A stretch of DNA of 64,000 bases from Laetmonice hystrix. Its lineage: Eukaryota. The translations under genes and the position numbers were made by a program. The notes beneath the pieces were generated by a model. That model was not told the DNA's origin. It worked only from the letters and a program-made list of their open reading frames with translations, and made no database searches. Location of the stretch: contig OZ249436.1 of assembly GCA_965235115.1 (NCBI GenBank), forward strand, positions 3,598,001 to 3,662,000. Direction: 5' to 3'. Positions 13,877 to 25,138 of the stretch are shown here, in pieces. Position 1 is the first letter of the stretch. Each line of letters begins with the position of its first letter.

Positions 13877-14670
13877 AAAGCGTGTTCCACACAGACAAAG
13901 CGTGTTCCACACAGACAAAGCGTGTTCCACACAGACAAAGCCTGTTCCACACAGACAAAGCCTGTTCCACACAGACAAAGCCTGTTCCACACAGACAAAG
14001 CCTGTTCCACACAGACAAAGCCTGTTCCACACAGACAAAGCCTGTTCCACACAGACAAAGCCTGTTCCACACAGACAAAGCGTGTTCCACACAGACAAAG
14101 CGTGTTCCACACAGACAAAGCGTGTTCCACACAGACAAAGCGTGTTCCACACAGACAAAGCGTGTTCCACACAGACAAAGCGTGTTCCACACAGACAACG
14201 CGTGTTCCACACAGACAAATCGTGTTCCACACAGACAAAGCGTGTTCCACACAGACAAAGCGTGTTCCACACAGACAAAGCGTGTTCCACACAGACAAAG
14301 CCTGTTCCACACAGACAAAGCCTGTTCCACACAGACAAAGCCTGTTCCACACAGACAAAGCCTGTTCCACACAGACAAAGCCTGTTCCACACAAAGCCTG
14401 TTCCACACAGACAAAGCCTGTTCCACACAGACAAAGCCTGTTCCACACAGACAAAGCCTGTTCCACACAGACAAAGCGTGTTCCACACAGACAACGCGTG
14501 TTTCACACAGACAAAGCGTGTTCCACACAGACAAAGCGTGTTCCACACAGACAAAGCGTGTTCCACATAGACAAAGCGTGTTCCACAGACAAAGCGTGTT
14601 CCACATAGACAAAGCGTGTTCCACATAGACAAAGCGTGTTACACATAGACAAAGCGTGTTCCACATAGAC
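13877..14670. repeat. 20-bp tandem repeat, about 40 copies
   Basis: Unit cgtgttccacacagacaaag / cctgttccacacagacaaag. Confidence 0.97.
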
Positions 14671-15107
14671 ACTGATGAAGGCACATCATCAGATAATTGA
14701 TTCCTTTTATTTCAAAATGATAATATCTAATTACTCATCCCTCTGAGAATATTATTAGATTTCCCCAAATAAATATAATTGACGGGGTCAGGAGAGGAAC
14801 CTGGCTCTGATTAGATGTCCTAGGAATATAAAATATGTGTAAACAACCAACATTAATTACTCCACCTATTCGGAATGAGTAAACATGACAACAGTAACTA
14901 CGGGGTAATTCCAACATGTGCTTCAGGTGTTGTATAGCTGACAAATTTAACACATTAATTATCATTGACCAATTAACGCATAAACTTAGCAATAAAAGGT
15001 TTCCTCGGCAACTGGTGGCTGTATTATAACAGATCACAATAATAATAATAACGGCATTGTTTCTGGAACATCATGTTTACAAGAATTATTATCCGAAAGT
15101 CGTTCTC

Positions 15108-16806
15108 CAAGGCAACCATGACAATGTTATCTCCCGTGATGAAGAGCTGGTTGGCATGGCGCCTCATGAGACCCGATTCGTTCTCGTACTGAAGACATCA
15201 TGAGGTCACCAAGGCAACCATGACAATGTTATCTCCCCTAATGAAGAGCTGGTTGGCATGGCGCCTCATGACACCCGATTCGTTCTCAGACTGAAGACAT
15301 CATGAGGTCACCAAGGCAACCATGACAATGTTATCTCCCCTAATGAAGAGCTGGTTGGCATGGCGCCTCATGACACCCGATTCGTTCTCAGACTGAAGAC
15401 ATCATGAGGTCACCAAGGCAACCATGACAATGTTATCTCCCCTAATGAAGAGCTGGTTGGCATGGCGCCTCATGACACCCGATTCGTTCTCAGACTGAAG
15501 ACATCATGAGGTCACCAAGGCAACCATGACAATGTTATCTCCCGTGATGAAGAGCTGGTTGGCATGGCGCCTCATGAGACCCGATTCGTTCTCGTACTGA
15601 AGACGTCAGGAGGTCACCAAGGCAACCATGACAATGTTATCTCCCGTGATGAAGAGCTGGTTGGCATGGCGCCTCATGAGACCCGATTCGTTCTCGTACT
15701 GAAGACGTCAGGAGGTCACCAACGCAACCATGACAATGTTATCTCCCCTAATGAAGAGCTGGTTGGCATGGCGCCTCATGAGACCCGATTCGTTCTCGTA
15801 CTGAAGACATCATGAGTTCACCAAGGCAACCATGACAATGTTATCTCCCCTGATGAAGAGCTGGTTGGCATGGCGCCTCATGACACCCGATTGTTCTCAG
15901 ACTGAAGACATCATGAGGTCACCAAGGCAACCATGACAATGTTATCTCCCCTGATGAAGAGCTGGTTGGCATGGCGCCTCACGAAACCCGATTGTTCTCA
16001 GACTGAAGACATCATGAGGTCACCAAGGCAACCATGACAATGTTATCTCCCGTGATGAAGAGCTGGTTGGCATGGCGCCTCACGAAACCCGATTGTTCTC
16101 AGACTGAAGACATCATGAGGTCACCAAGGCAACCATGACAATGTTATCTCCCCTGATGAAGAGCTGGTTGGCATGGCGCCTCATGAGACCCGATTGTTCT
16201 CAGACTGAAGACATCATGAGGTCACCAAGGCAACCATGACAATGTTATCTCCCGTGATGAAGAGCTGGTTGGCATGGCGCCTCATGAGACCCGATTCGTT
16301 CTCGTACTGAAGACGTCAGGAGGTCACCAACGCAACCATGACAATGTTATCTCCCCTGATGAAGAGCTGGTTGGCATGGCGCCTCATGAGACCCGATTCG
16401 TTCTCGTACTGAAGACGTCAGGAGGTCACCAACGCAACCATGACAATGTTATCTCCCCTAATGAAGAGCTGGTTGGCATGGCGCCTCATGAGACCCGATT
16501 CGTTCTCGTACTGAAGACATCATGAGTTCACCAAGGCAACCATGACAATGTTATCTCCCCTAATGAAGAGCTGGTTGGCATGGCGCCTCATGAGACCCAA
16601 TTGTTCTCAGACTGAAGACATCATGAGGTCACCAAGGCAACCATGACAATGTTATCTCCCCTGATGAAGAGCTGGTTGGCATGGCGCCTCACGAAACCCG
16701 ATTGTTCTCAGACTGAAGACATCATGAGGTCACCAAGGCAACCATGACAATGTTATCTCCCCTGATGAAGAGCTGGTTGGCATGGCGCCTCATGAGACCT
16801 GATTCG
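15108..16806. repeat. 101-102-bp tandem repeat, about 17 copies, made from the LSM11 C-terminal coding end plus stop codon
   Basis: On the minus strand each unit encodes MRRHANQLFI(R/T)GDNIVMVALVTS* or a close variant. The rightmost copy is the genuine gene end. Confidence 0.97.
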
Positions 16807-19800
16807 TCAACTTTTCTCTCACCACTTCTTAATGAAATTGGCCTTCTGGAAGTAGACCGTTCAACATCGTATCGTGTTTCTACCACGCCAGAAGTTGGCT
16901 TAACCGCATGTTTCCCCTCACCACCCACACCAGGCAATGCTCTCGTCAGTGATGCAGACTTGTGGAGAGGTCGAGGATCCTCCTGAGACCTTTGAGTTCT
17001 TTGACTTTTCTCGCTTGACTTTCCTCTCTCAACTTTCTCTCGGTAATCAACTGAAAGTCGGTGAGACCTTCCTGTTGTTGGCAGGTCTTCACCTGTTCGC
17101 TTGGATTGTGACATAGGTAAATACCTTTCTACATTTAATTTTTTCTCACTCTTTGACTTTGATTCTTCCGAATCACTTCCTTTCCTATGCCGTGTATGTC
17201 TATCATCCCTTGGTGTTGGTCGTTCTTTAAAATCCTCTCTTGAAAGAGATTCGCTAGACTGGCCTTTCGGAGTTCTATCCTTCAGGACAACTTTCTCCCC
17301 GCTCTGACGAGAGCCAGTGGGTGTAGGTGTTCTGGACACTGGTTTTACATTTGATTTTAAATGAACGTCTCTTCTGTCTTTCGATTCTTCAGAGTGCTTT
17401 GCTTGTTTGTATTTTTCAGTATCCCTGACTCGTTCGTCATGGAGCGATTCTCTTCTGACAGGCTCCCTGTGAACTGATCGCGAAGGATGACTGGGAGAAC
17501 TCTCCTGGCCTTTTTCATTCCTTCCCCGCCTCAGTTTGGACCGTAGATCAAAGGGGGCAGATGATTGATCATCGACTGATGATTGGGATCTGGTGGGTTC
17601 GCTTGAAACTTGACTACTTCCAGCAGGAGCATGACCCTCAGAGCCTACCTCAGATTTGGACTTTGATTGGGATCTGATGGGTTCACTTGAAACTTGACTA
17701 CATGTACTTCCAGCAGGAGCATGACCCTCAGAGCCTACCTCAGATTTAGACTTTGATTGGGATCTGATGGGTTCACTTGAACCTTGACTACTTCCAGCAG
17801 GAGCAGAACCCTCAGGGCCTACCTCAGATTTGAACTTTTTGTCCGTTTTTTCAGGATGGATATCCGTTTGTTTAGTCCTCTCCTCCACAGATCTTTGGTC
17901 TTGGCCAGATAATCCACGACTTGAATGTTTCTCTTGATCTGCTTTTGATGCAGAATGTTCTTCCTTTCTCCCTTTGGACTTGGAGAGTTTCTCTTTTTTG
18001 GGAGTCCTTTCTTTTTCCTTCGTTTCGGCTTCCTCTGTCTTTTCAAGTTCTGATAGTTCTTGTTTTAGGTTGGTTAAATGTGACATTAGCTGCTGAAGAG
18101 TTTCCTCATCATCTGAATCGTCAGGATCATCTCCATCGTCTGTGACTGCTGGGTCAGTCTCTCCGGAGTCTTCCGTTTGACTTAACTCACTTTCTGTTGT
18201 CTCCACCTCGCTTTGATCATCCTCACTTGTTGTTTCTGTGTACTCCATTGGTTCTGGTACTGGATTGGCCGAGCCATCGTCACATTCCTGCCCCTCCTCC
18301 AGACCTGCCCGACTAGTGCTGGCTTCTGCTGCTTTAGATTCCTCTTGTTTTGGGGGACCATCAACTTGATCCTGAATTTCAAGGTGCTCTGTCTCATCAC
18401 TTTCATCACTGCTTGCTGACAATGACAAGGAAGCAGTTCCGTCTAGCTGGGCTTCAACCGGTATGGTGTTTTGTGACTTCAGGGGCCTGGTGTTCTCAGC
18501 AGCCTTTGCTGCCCTGCTGCACTCAGCTTCTGATCCTGTATCAGTGGTCTCTTTTGCCTTTAAGGAAGAAAATGTTCATTGATCATTAATCATATGCACA
18601 ATACATAGTTTGTGTCAATTATCACTATTATACTTACACTACTCAAAGAAGTTTGGGATATGTAGCTTCCAATCGGAATTGTGTTTGAAATATAGAAATG
18701 ACAATACTTTTCGTGAATTGTGAATGAAACTATGGATATGTTAAGTAAAACAAAATCCAAGTAACACCAACATCTCCTGGTGTCTAAATTTGTTGGAGTC
18801 TGCTTATGACACTCTGTCGACATCAGTCTATCTGCTTCCAGTTTACAACCTTGCACTGGCCAGATAACATTCTTCCTCTGTGAGGTGTCTACGTTGCACC
18901 ATAATGTCACAAGTTACTGTGAATTGGTGCCATTTTCTAAATTTTAGTGCAGACCCCTTTGTCCAGGTACTGGTAGAGCCTATTGTGCAACCAATACCAG
19001 GGTTGGGTTCACAAGCAGTCAAGTTCATTTAAATTAAATAAAAATCCATTTTAACCAATCAGATTCAAGTAAAAGGGACGTCAAGTTAATTAAAATGGAC
19101 TTGATTTTGCTTGTGAACTGGGCCCAGAGTCAAGTGAGTACTCTAGTTTTACATTAATTATCATTAGGTATTTAAATAACGTTCTTACTACTATATCCCT
19201 TACTTGTTATACAAAACAACAGAATTTCATATATTGAAAGGATCACATACTTGATATTAACATTTTTAATAATACCTACCACTTTTTTCTTCCGTACTCG
19301 AATTTTTCTTTCTTGCTTAGTTCGTGGACCAGCTGGTTTATACAGCTCATCGACATCTAGCATTGCCTGAAATAAAATGCAAAGAAAATATCAAATAAAT
19401 GTTAGAGACTTAGGGCAACTGACTTGAATTTGGCTATATACCTGTAACATAAGCTCATCGTAAGCCAGTCACTTGAGTTTCACTTTGGAATTATTAGTTT
19501 CTTATACATGTACATCATATTATGTCTGTATATGTCTAGAATTAATGTACTTGCCATGTTCCAGTGTGTATCAAAGGCAGCAACATAACCAGTGCAGATG
19601 CCTCTTACATGCTTGTAACTTCTCACCCACACTTTAACCTTCAAGCGCTCTTTAACAGCACGATACAAGATACTGAGGGGGCCATACTGAGCTTCTGAAA
19701 AATCCAAAAGAATGAATTTATCATATTAAATTAAAAATGATTTGTTTTATCTCTCTGCATAATGGTACTTAAAATCCTAATATCTATTGACACATTAATG

Positions 19801-21220
19801 CTCACTCAGAGTGCAAACTTATTTTCATAAAAAGATAAACAAATTTGCAATATGGTATGTTGAGAATTGGAAACCTAAGAAAAAATAGATTTCCTAGATA
19901 ATTCTGACAGACCAAATAAATAGCCACAAATGGTGTCACAGTCTATCTTAACCTTCTGCTAGTCTGTGCACACACCCCGATAATATAATGTATGTATAGT
20001 CTAAGTGATGGGAGGGGGGGGGGGGCAAATGACACTTCAGAAGTTCAGATCCATATTTCTTGAATCCATTGAAATATGTTATCATTCATGGGTATCACGT
20101 CACTTGAGCCCGCCGCGAAATGATCCCGTCATATGAGCCCCTCGGGGAGCCGCCGAGCCTGCCCGGGGTGAGCGAGGGAGCGGTGGCCGGTCACCCGCCG
20201 GTCGCTCGCTTACTCGCTCAAGCTGCTGCGGGACCGCCGGCCGCTCGCTCGCTGCCGGGGTAAGTTGTAGGGGGCCTCGGCCGGTCCGATCGGCCGGGAC
20301 TTGTATGGGCCTTGCCCTCGGCCGGGCCGTTCGGCCTGGGCTTGTTGAAGCAGGGGCCTCAGCCGGTCGGTAGACTAGTTTGTAGAGAGCGGGATATGGC
20401 TAGGCGGATCTATATAATCTTTTAAACAATTGCCGAGAAATGGATTATAATTGGCTGACCTACACCAACCAGCACCAGGGCCCCGCTATACCATCTGCTT
20501 TGACGGGACCCTCGCGGGGTTTAACCCGGCGGGCTCAAGTGACGGGCTCAAATCGCGACGGGCTCATATGCCGTGTATTCCATTCATGATGTGACATACT
20601 GATGGTTTATTTTCGTCTCGTTTGTTACATAAACAGGAGGCACAGTCACAGAGCAGCTGCAGGTGTAGACGTTTCATGAATCACCAGCCTGACCATGCTC
20701 ATGATGCTGACAGTCACTGACTGATTGACTCACCTTCCATCCGCGTGAAAACATTTTTAACTTTTCGAGTTCGTTTTTTTCTGTAAGTACTTTCTGTATC
20801 AGATCCCGACAAAGAATGTCCTTCCTTTTGTTCACGGCCTTTGCCCTGCTCACGTAAGGCGGCTCGTCTCTGCTCCCTGGAGACGTCTGCCTGTTGTCCG
20901 GGGCCGGTGACGGACAAACTCCGCAGTCTCTGGCCCAACGTCCCATCTCCCGTCGTCGGGACTCGGGCTCCCGGGGCCGAGGTCGGCTGCCGACCGTCAC
21001 CGCCAACCGAACGTCCCGATGTAGGGACGTCCGGCGGGTTTCTGGGTATGTCATCCTTTACAGTTGAATCAACACCCGAATCAACAATGTCTGGCTCCTC
21101 TGCCGCTTCTGTACCTTTAGCCAGTGCTGCATAAATGGCACGTAAAGGATCTAATTCTGGCGTGTCTTCCTTTATTTCCATGTCACTCCCAGCGTGTTCA
21201 TGTTTCGCGGGGGCCGCCAT
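16722..21220 (-). CDS. LSM11: U7 snRNA-associated Sm-like protein LSm11
   Basis: Exons (minus): 21220-20734, 19694-19555, 19366-19280, 18557-16722; 2550 nt, 849 aa. Motifs: DPLRAIYA, VKNVFTRM, GPLSILYRAVKERLKVKVWVRSYKHVRGICTGYVAAFDTHWNM|AMLDVDELY (Sm1), and RHANQLFIRGDNIVMV (Sm2). Confidence 0.92.
18998..19127. mobile_element. Fold-back MITE in LSM11 intron 3 (CAG on both flanks)
   Basis: gttcacaagcagtcaagttcatttaaattaa versus reverse-complemented gttcacaagcaaaatcaagtccattttaattaa; flanked by cag...cag. Confidence 0.65.
20091..20580. mobile_element. GC-rich non-autonomous DNA transposon with 8-bp TSD (Merlin-like)
   Basis: TSD cattcatg at 20083-20090 and 20581-20588. Imperfect TIR ggtatcacgtcacttgagcccgccgcg / gaatacacggcatatgagcccgtcgcg, with subterminal repeats. 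Confidence 0.85.
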
Positions 21221-21528
21221 GTTTAATCTCAAGTAAAGCTACACCAGGTATATAAAAATATTTTCGTAAATAAGACTCCCACTTCAAAAGCTTTGTGGCT
21301 ATTTAATGTTTACTTTGAAGACTAAAGTTTTGATAGGCCCCTACTTTATGCCCCATCTAGTAAGGAGATCTTAATTACTGCGTTTAAATAATATGCAAAT
21401 TTATGCGAAACTATTTCAACGGATGTACACGCTATCTACTTCCGGTGAAAACTTCATATCCATGGAAACAGGTACGCCATCCTCAGTAGTCGAGACTCCA
21501 GAGAAGTGCTTTCATTCCTACATTAAAA
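21221..21528. promoter_or_regulatory. Putative bidirectional promoter for LSM11 and the CCDC166-like gene
   Basis: Only 308 bp between divergent ATGs. Octamer ATGCAAAT at 21393, ETS-like ACTTCCGGT at 21438, RFX X-box-like ATATCCATGGAAAC at 21456, and YY1-like CGCCATGTT over the LSM11 start. Confidence 0.7.
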
Positions 21529-24500
21529 ATGCCACCGAAAAAGAAGAAGGGGAAGAGCAAGGGAGGTGATGAAGAGGAAGTTGTTCGACCACAGACAGCT
21601 GGTGAACCAACTGAAAAAGAAATACTGCTTCGTAACGAGTGAGTGAACCTAGACCCTGTTCTGCTACTGTGCTACTGCTAGACTACATACATATCAGATC
21701 AGACTCTGCCTCTGGCTTGTTGGAGTAGGAACCTGCCAAGCCAGGCTGGAGATTTGTGAAGATTTTGCTGGAGTTTGGACCATTATTGGGATTTCAGGGC
21801 TCGAGGTTTATCAGATTTAACAAACACCTCGATTATCACATCATACATGCCATAGTATATCGCCGACCGGCCAAGGGTCTTCTACCTGCTTGTGGCAGGT
21901 TTAGTAAAATTTTGTGTTTTTTTTTTTTCGGGGAAATAATGCGGTTCTGATTAATATAATACTATAGTAGTACTAACGTAACGGTTAGCTCTAAGTTAAC
22001 GTTAGTAGATCTGCCTGCTGTATTTTCAAAACACCATGTCATGTGTCATGTGATATTAATATTACTAGTAAAAGAAAGATCCTCTGATTGATCATTGTGG
22101 CTATTTATCCCATGTTTGAGTCAATTTGAGTCCCAATGATTAATGAACGTGGATTTAGGGGGTTTTCTATGGTTTTGCGTGAAAAAGCACTGGGCGTGCG
22201 GGAGAAGGGGTCCAAATGTGTGAGACTCCCGCGAAATGCATGAGACTTGGCAGGTCTGAATAAGTTATGTACGCACAACACACACCATGTCACGTGCTAC
22301 ATGTTATATAACACAGTCAGGATAGCCTGTGCTCGCCTATGGCTATGGTCTGGAATCGCAGCCACAGGGCTATAGGCCTACAGCCTTTTATGATGTTAAT
22401 TGGATGTATTTATGACTGCATTGACATTGTAGTCGACAAGTAGGCCATTCCAGGCCTGGAAATGTAAATTTAACATTCCATGACTTTCCAGGATTTTCAG
22501 GACGCGTGCGAACCCTATCATTATGATATGACAGTGAATTCAATAAATGAAACAAGGCACAGGCACACTGCAGACTTCAGTCTAGAAATGTCCTGGAATT
22601 AAAGCAGTCAAAAGTTGTACAAACCCTGTAAGGATCAAACTCTGCACTCTGATTGTGACCTCACAGTGGTGGATGCCATGCAATACTTATACAGGTAGCT
22701 CAGCCATCAAACAAGGAATACCGGTATATTTCGAAAGAACTGACCAATTTGTTTAACCAAATAATAAAAAGCTGTACTACAGAATTGATTGAGGGTTGAA
22801 CGTCCCAACGCTGATGTTTCCTACATGCAAGTATACGAAAGTGCAATTTTCATAAGCCAAAGTGAAGCCTGACAAATTTTAAGATGTTTATATCTTTTAG
22901 ATCTAATTGAAGACTTTTTGTAACAGTAAACTCATAATAATACTGTGCATCTTGCCTTTTCAAGCATGTAGAGACACTTAATAATATATAATTACTTTCA
23001 GTTTTAATTCTACATAAATCCTTATTTTATAATCCAGATTAGATCAACTGACTGAAGAATTGGAGAGTTTGAAGTCAAGAGTTGATGAACTGTATCCTTT
23101 CCAGTGAAACTTATGATGTCTTCTCATCAATTTTAAGGACAATTTTTATTGAGTATATATAATTTAAAATATATTCATTATATATAAGCTGGCTTTGTTT
23201 GTGGATGTTATTTGAATGTACCTTGACTTGGAGTAAGTCGTCAGGAAAACGAATGGCTTCATCAAGAATCTCACAAGGTCAGGGTGGAAAGCCATGAATA
23301 TATGAGCTACATGGAAAAGAAAACTTCGAAAAGGCAGTCTACAATTATCTCACTAAGTGATCAGAATTCAAAGGAAATTCAAGACATTCATGAACAGAAA
23401 CAAAAAATGCTGCAAGACTATGAAGAGAAGAAGGCAGGTAAATTGAATGGTGTCTGGACGTTTCGAGCGCGAACCAGTTCGAGCGCCGGCCACTTCGAGC
23501 GCCGACGCCGACCACTTCGAGCGCGACTATTTCACAACTCGGCCTGTATTTCACAAGTTCCGTTCTCAGAAGTCAGCAAGAATTGTATCCCTATCTTTCG
23601 TATGATGATATTACTAGTGGCCATTAGTCATATTGCGACACTGACAGTGACAGTGTCCTCCCTACGGCCCGCTCGAACGGGGCCGCGCTCAACTGGCCGC
23701 GCTCAGCGGTCTCGATCGAAATCTACCCCCGACGAGCGGGCGTAGCACGCGGGCGGCTCCGCCGACGGAGGCCCGCTCAACTGGTCGGTGCTCAAACTGG
23801 TTCGCGCTCGAACTGGCAATGGAGCAGCGCTCGAACTGGTCCGCGCTCGAAACGTCCTGGGACCAATTGAATTGGGTGCAACTGTTGGTATCATGAAATA
23901 CTATCACAATAATGATAGTCTGCACATTGGTCCAATCAATGGTCAACTTGCTACATGTATGCAGGATTCTGTAGGTTGCTTTTTTGGGTTGCATTTGCAA
24001 AAGGAATCAGTAAAAGTAGTTTCCATTTGTAAAGTATTCTTGTGTAAAACTATACCTTTCAGGGGAAGGTATTATTTTGTTAACCTTCTGTTCTGACAAG
24101 TAAGATGCTTTGATGTTATCTTATTGCCCTATTTTAAAATCATTGTCTTTTATTTACAAGCTTTGAGAGGTATTCTTATGGACAAAGAAAATCTTCTTGC
24201 AAAGACAGGACAGGAGCTCAATGATCTACAAGAATATAAGGTAATGCAACTCATATTACGTACCATTTAAAGAGAATTATTTCATCATGTGAAAATAGAA
24301 ATGTGAAAATTACCATGCATTCAAAGATTTCAGAATTTACCACAAAATTTCATGAAATGTGTACATTTACCTGAAGGTTTAAAATGAAGAATATTCAGTT
24401 ATGTGACTGAAAGAGACAGCTTGAAATATTCATGTAAAGTGTTCATTGTAGAATCTTCAAAAAGAACAGCAGACCCGTATTAAAGAGCTGGAGAAAGAGG

Positions 24501-25138
24501 TGATGGCCATGAGGAGTCGGCACTCTGACACCATCCAGACGCTCAAGTCACGCTTCTTGAAGGACAAGTACAAATACCAGCAGGACTCAGAAGCCAAGAT
24601 CTCAGCCATGTCCAAACAAGCCAATAAGGTGTGAAGCAAAGCCATGTTGTCTAATCCTGTGATATTAAAGTCTGTGCTGCTGATTGAGAGGATCCAGACT
24701 GTTCCGTCTTGTTTTCCTCAGGTTCAGCCTGGAATGAGTCATCGTTGTATCTCAATACGACATACCATTGATAATTCTTTTCTCGTCAGATTTGGAGACA
24801 GATGTTTCAGATGTTTGTATAATAATAATGTTTTATTTGATTGTCACTAGGAGGCCATGCAGTGCCTGTCTGATCACACACAGCAGATCATGCTGCAGAA
24901 CCGCAAACAGCGTCACGAACTGCTCATGTTAATCCGCAAGACACGGTCACTCCGCGAACATATGGTTCATCTGGAGGATCAACAACGGCAGCTCAAACTA
25001 GAGCAGCAGTATGCCCAGGACCTGAAGGCTCTCCGTGGCACGCGGCAGCACAAAGTGATCAAGAGTTTTGGCCTTGATGAGGAGACAATCGATAGAAGGA
25101 CAGAGAAAACGGCACAGCTGGCCATAGGCAGTGGGTAG
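21529..25138 (+). CDS. CCDC166: Coiled-coil domain-containing protein 166-like (DUF4515 family)
   Basis: Exons 21529-21638, 23038-23091, 23238-23437, 24161-24240, 24452-24628, 24851-25138; 909 nt, 302 aa. MPPKKKKGK start, LRQENEWL, EYMSYM, LQEYKNLQKEQQTRIKELEKEV, LKSRFLKDK and LSDHTQQIMLQNRKQRHELLMLIRKTR align by eye with human CCDC166. Confidence 0.82.
23092..23237 (+). other. U12-type (minor spliceosome) GT-AG intron
   Basis: Donor GTATCCTTTCC, branch site TACCTTGAC about 11 nt before the AG at 23236-23237, no polypyrimidine tract; splicing preserves the reading frame. Confidence 0.88.
23449..23864. mobile_element. Non-autonomous DNA transposon with 8-bp TSD (Merlin-like)
   Basis: TSD aattgaat at 23441-23448 and 23865-23872. 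About 38-bp TIR ggtgtctggacgtttcgagcgcgaaccagttcgagcgc / ggtcccaggacgtttcgagcgcggaccagttcgagcgc. Confidence 0.9.

Noticed and set aside
13808..14684. Six overlapping ORFs of 200-280 aa
   Set aside because: Artefact of a stop-free 20-bp repeat.
22150..22520. hAT-like terminal fragments (also near 43530-43575) and a TTAA-ended fragment at 1-211
   Set aside because: Only one end is visible in each case, so boundaries cannot be supported.
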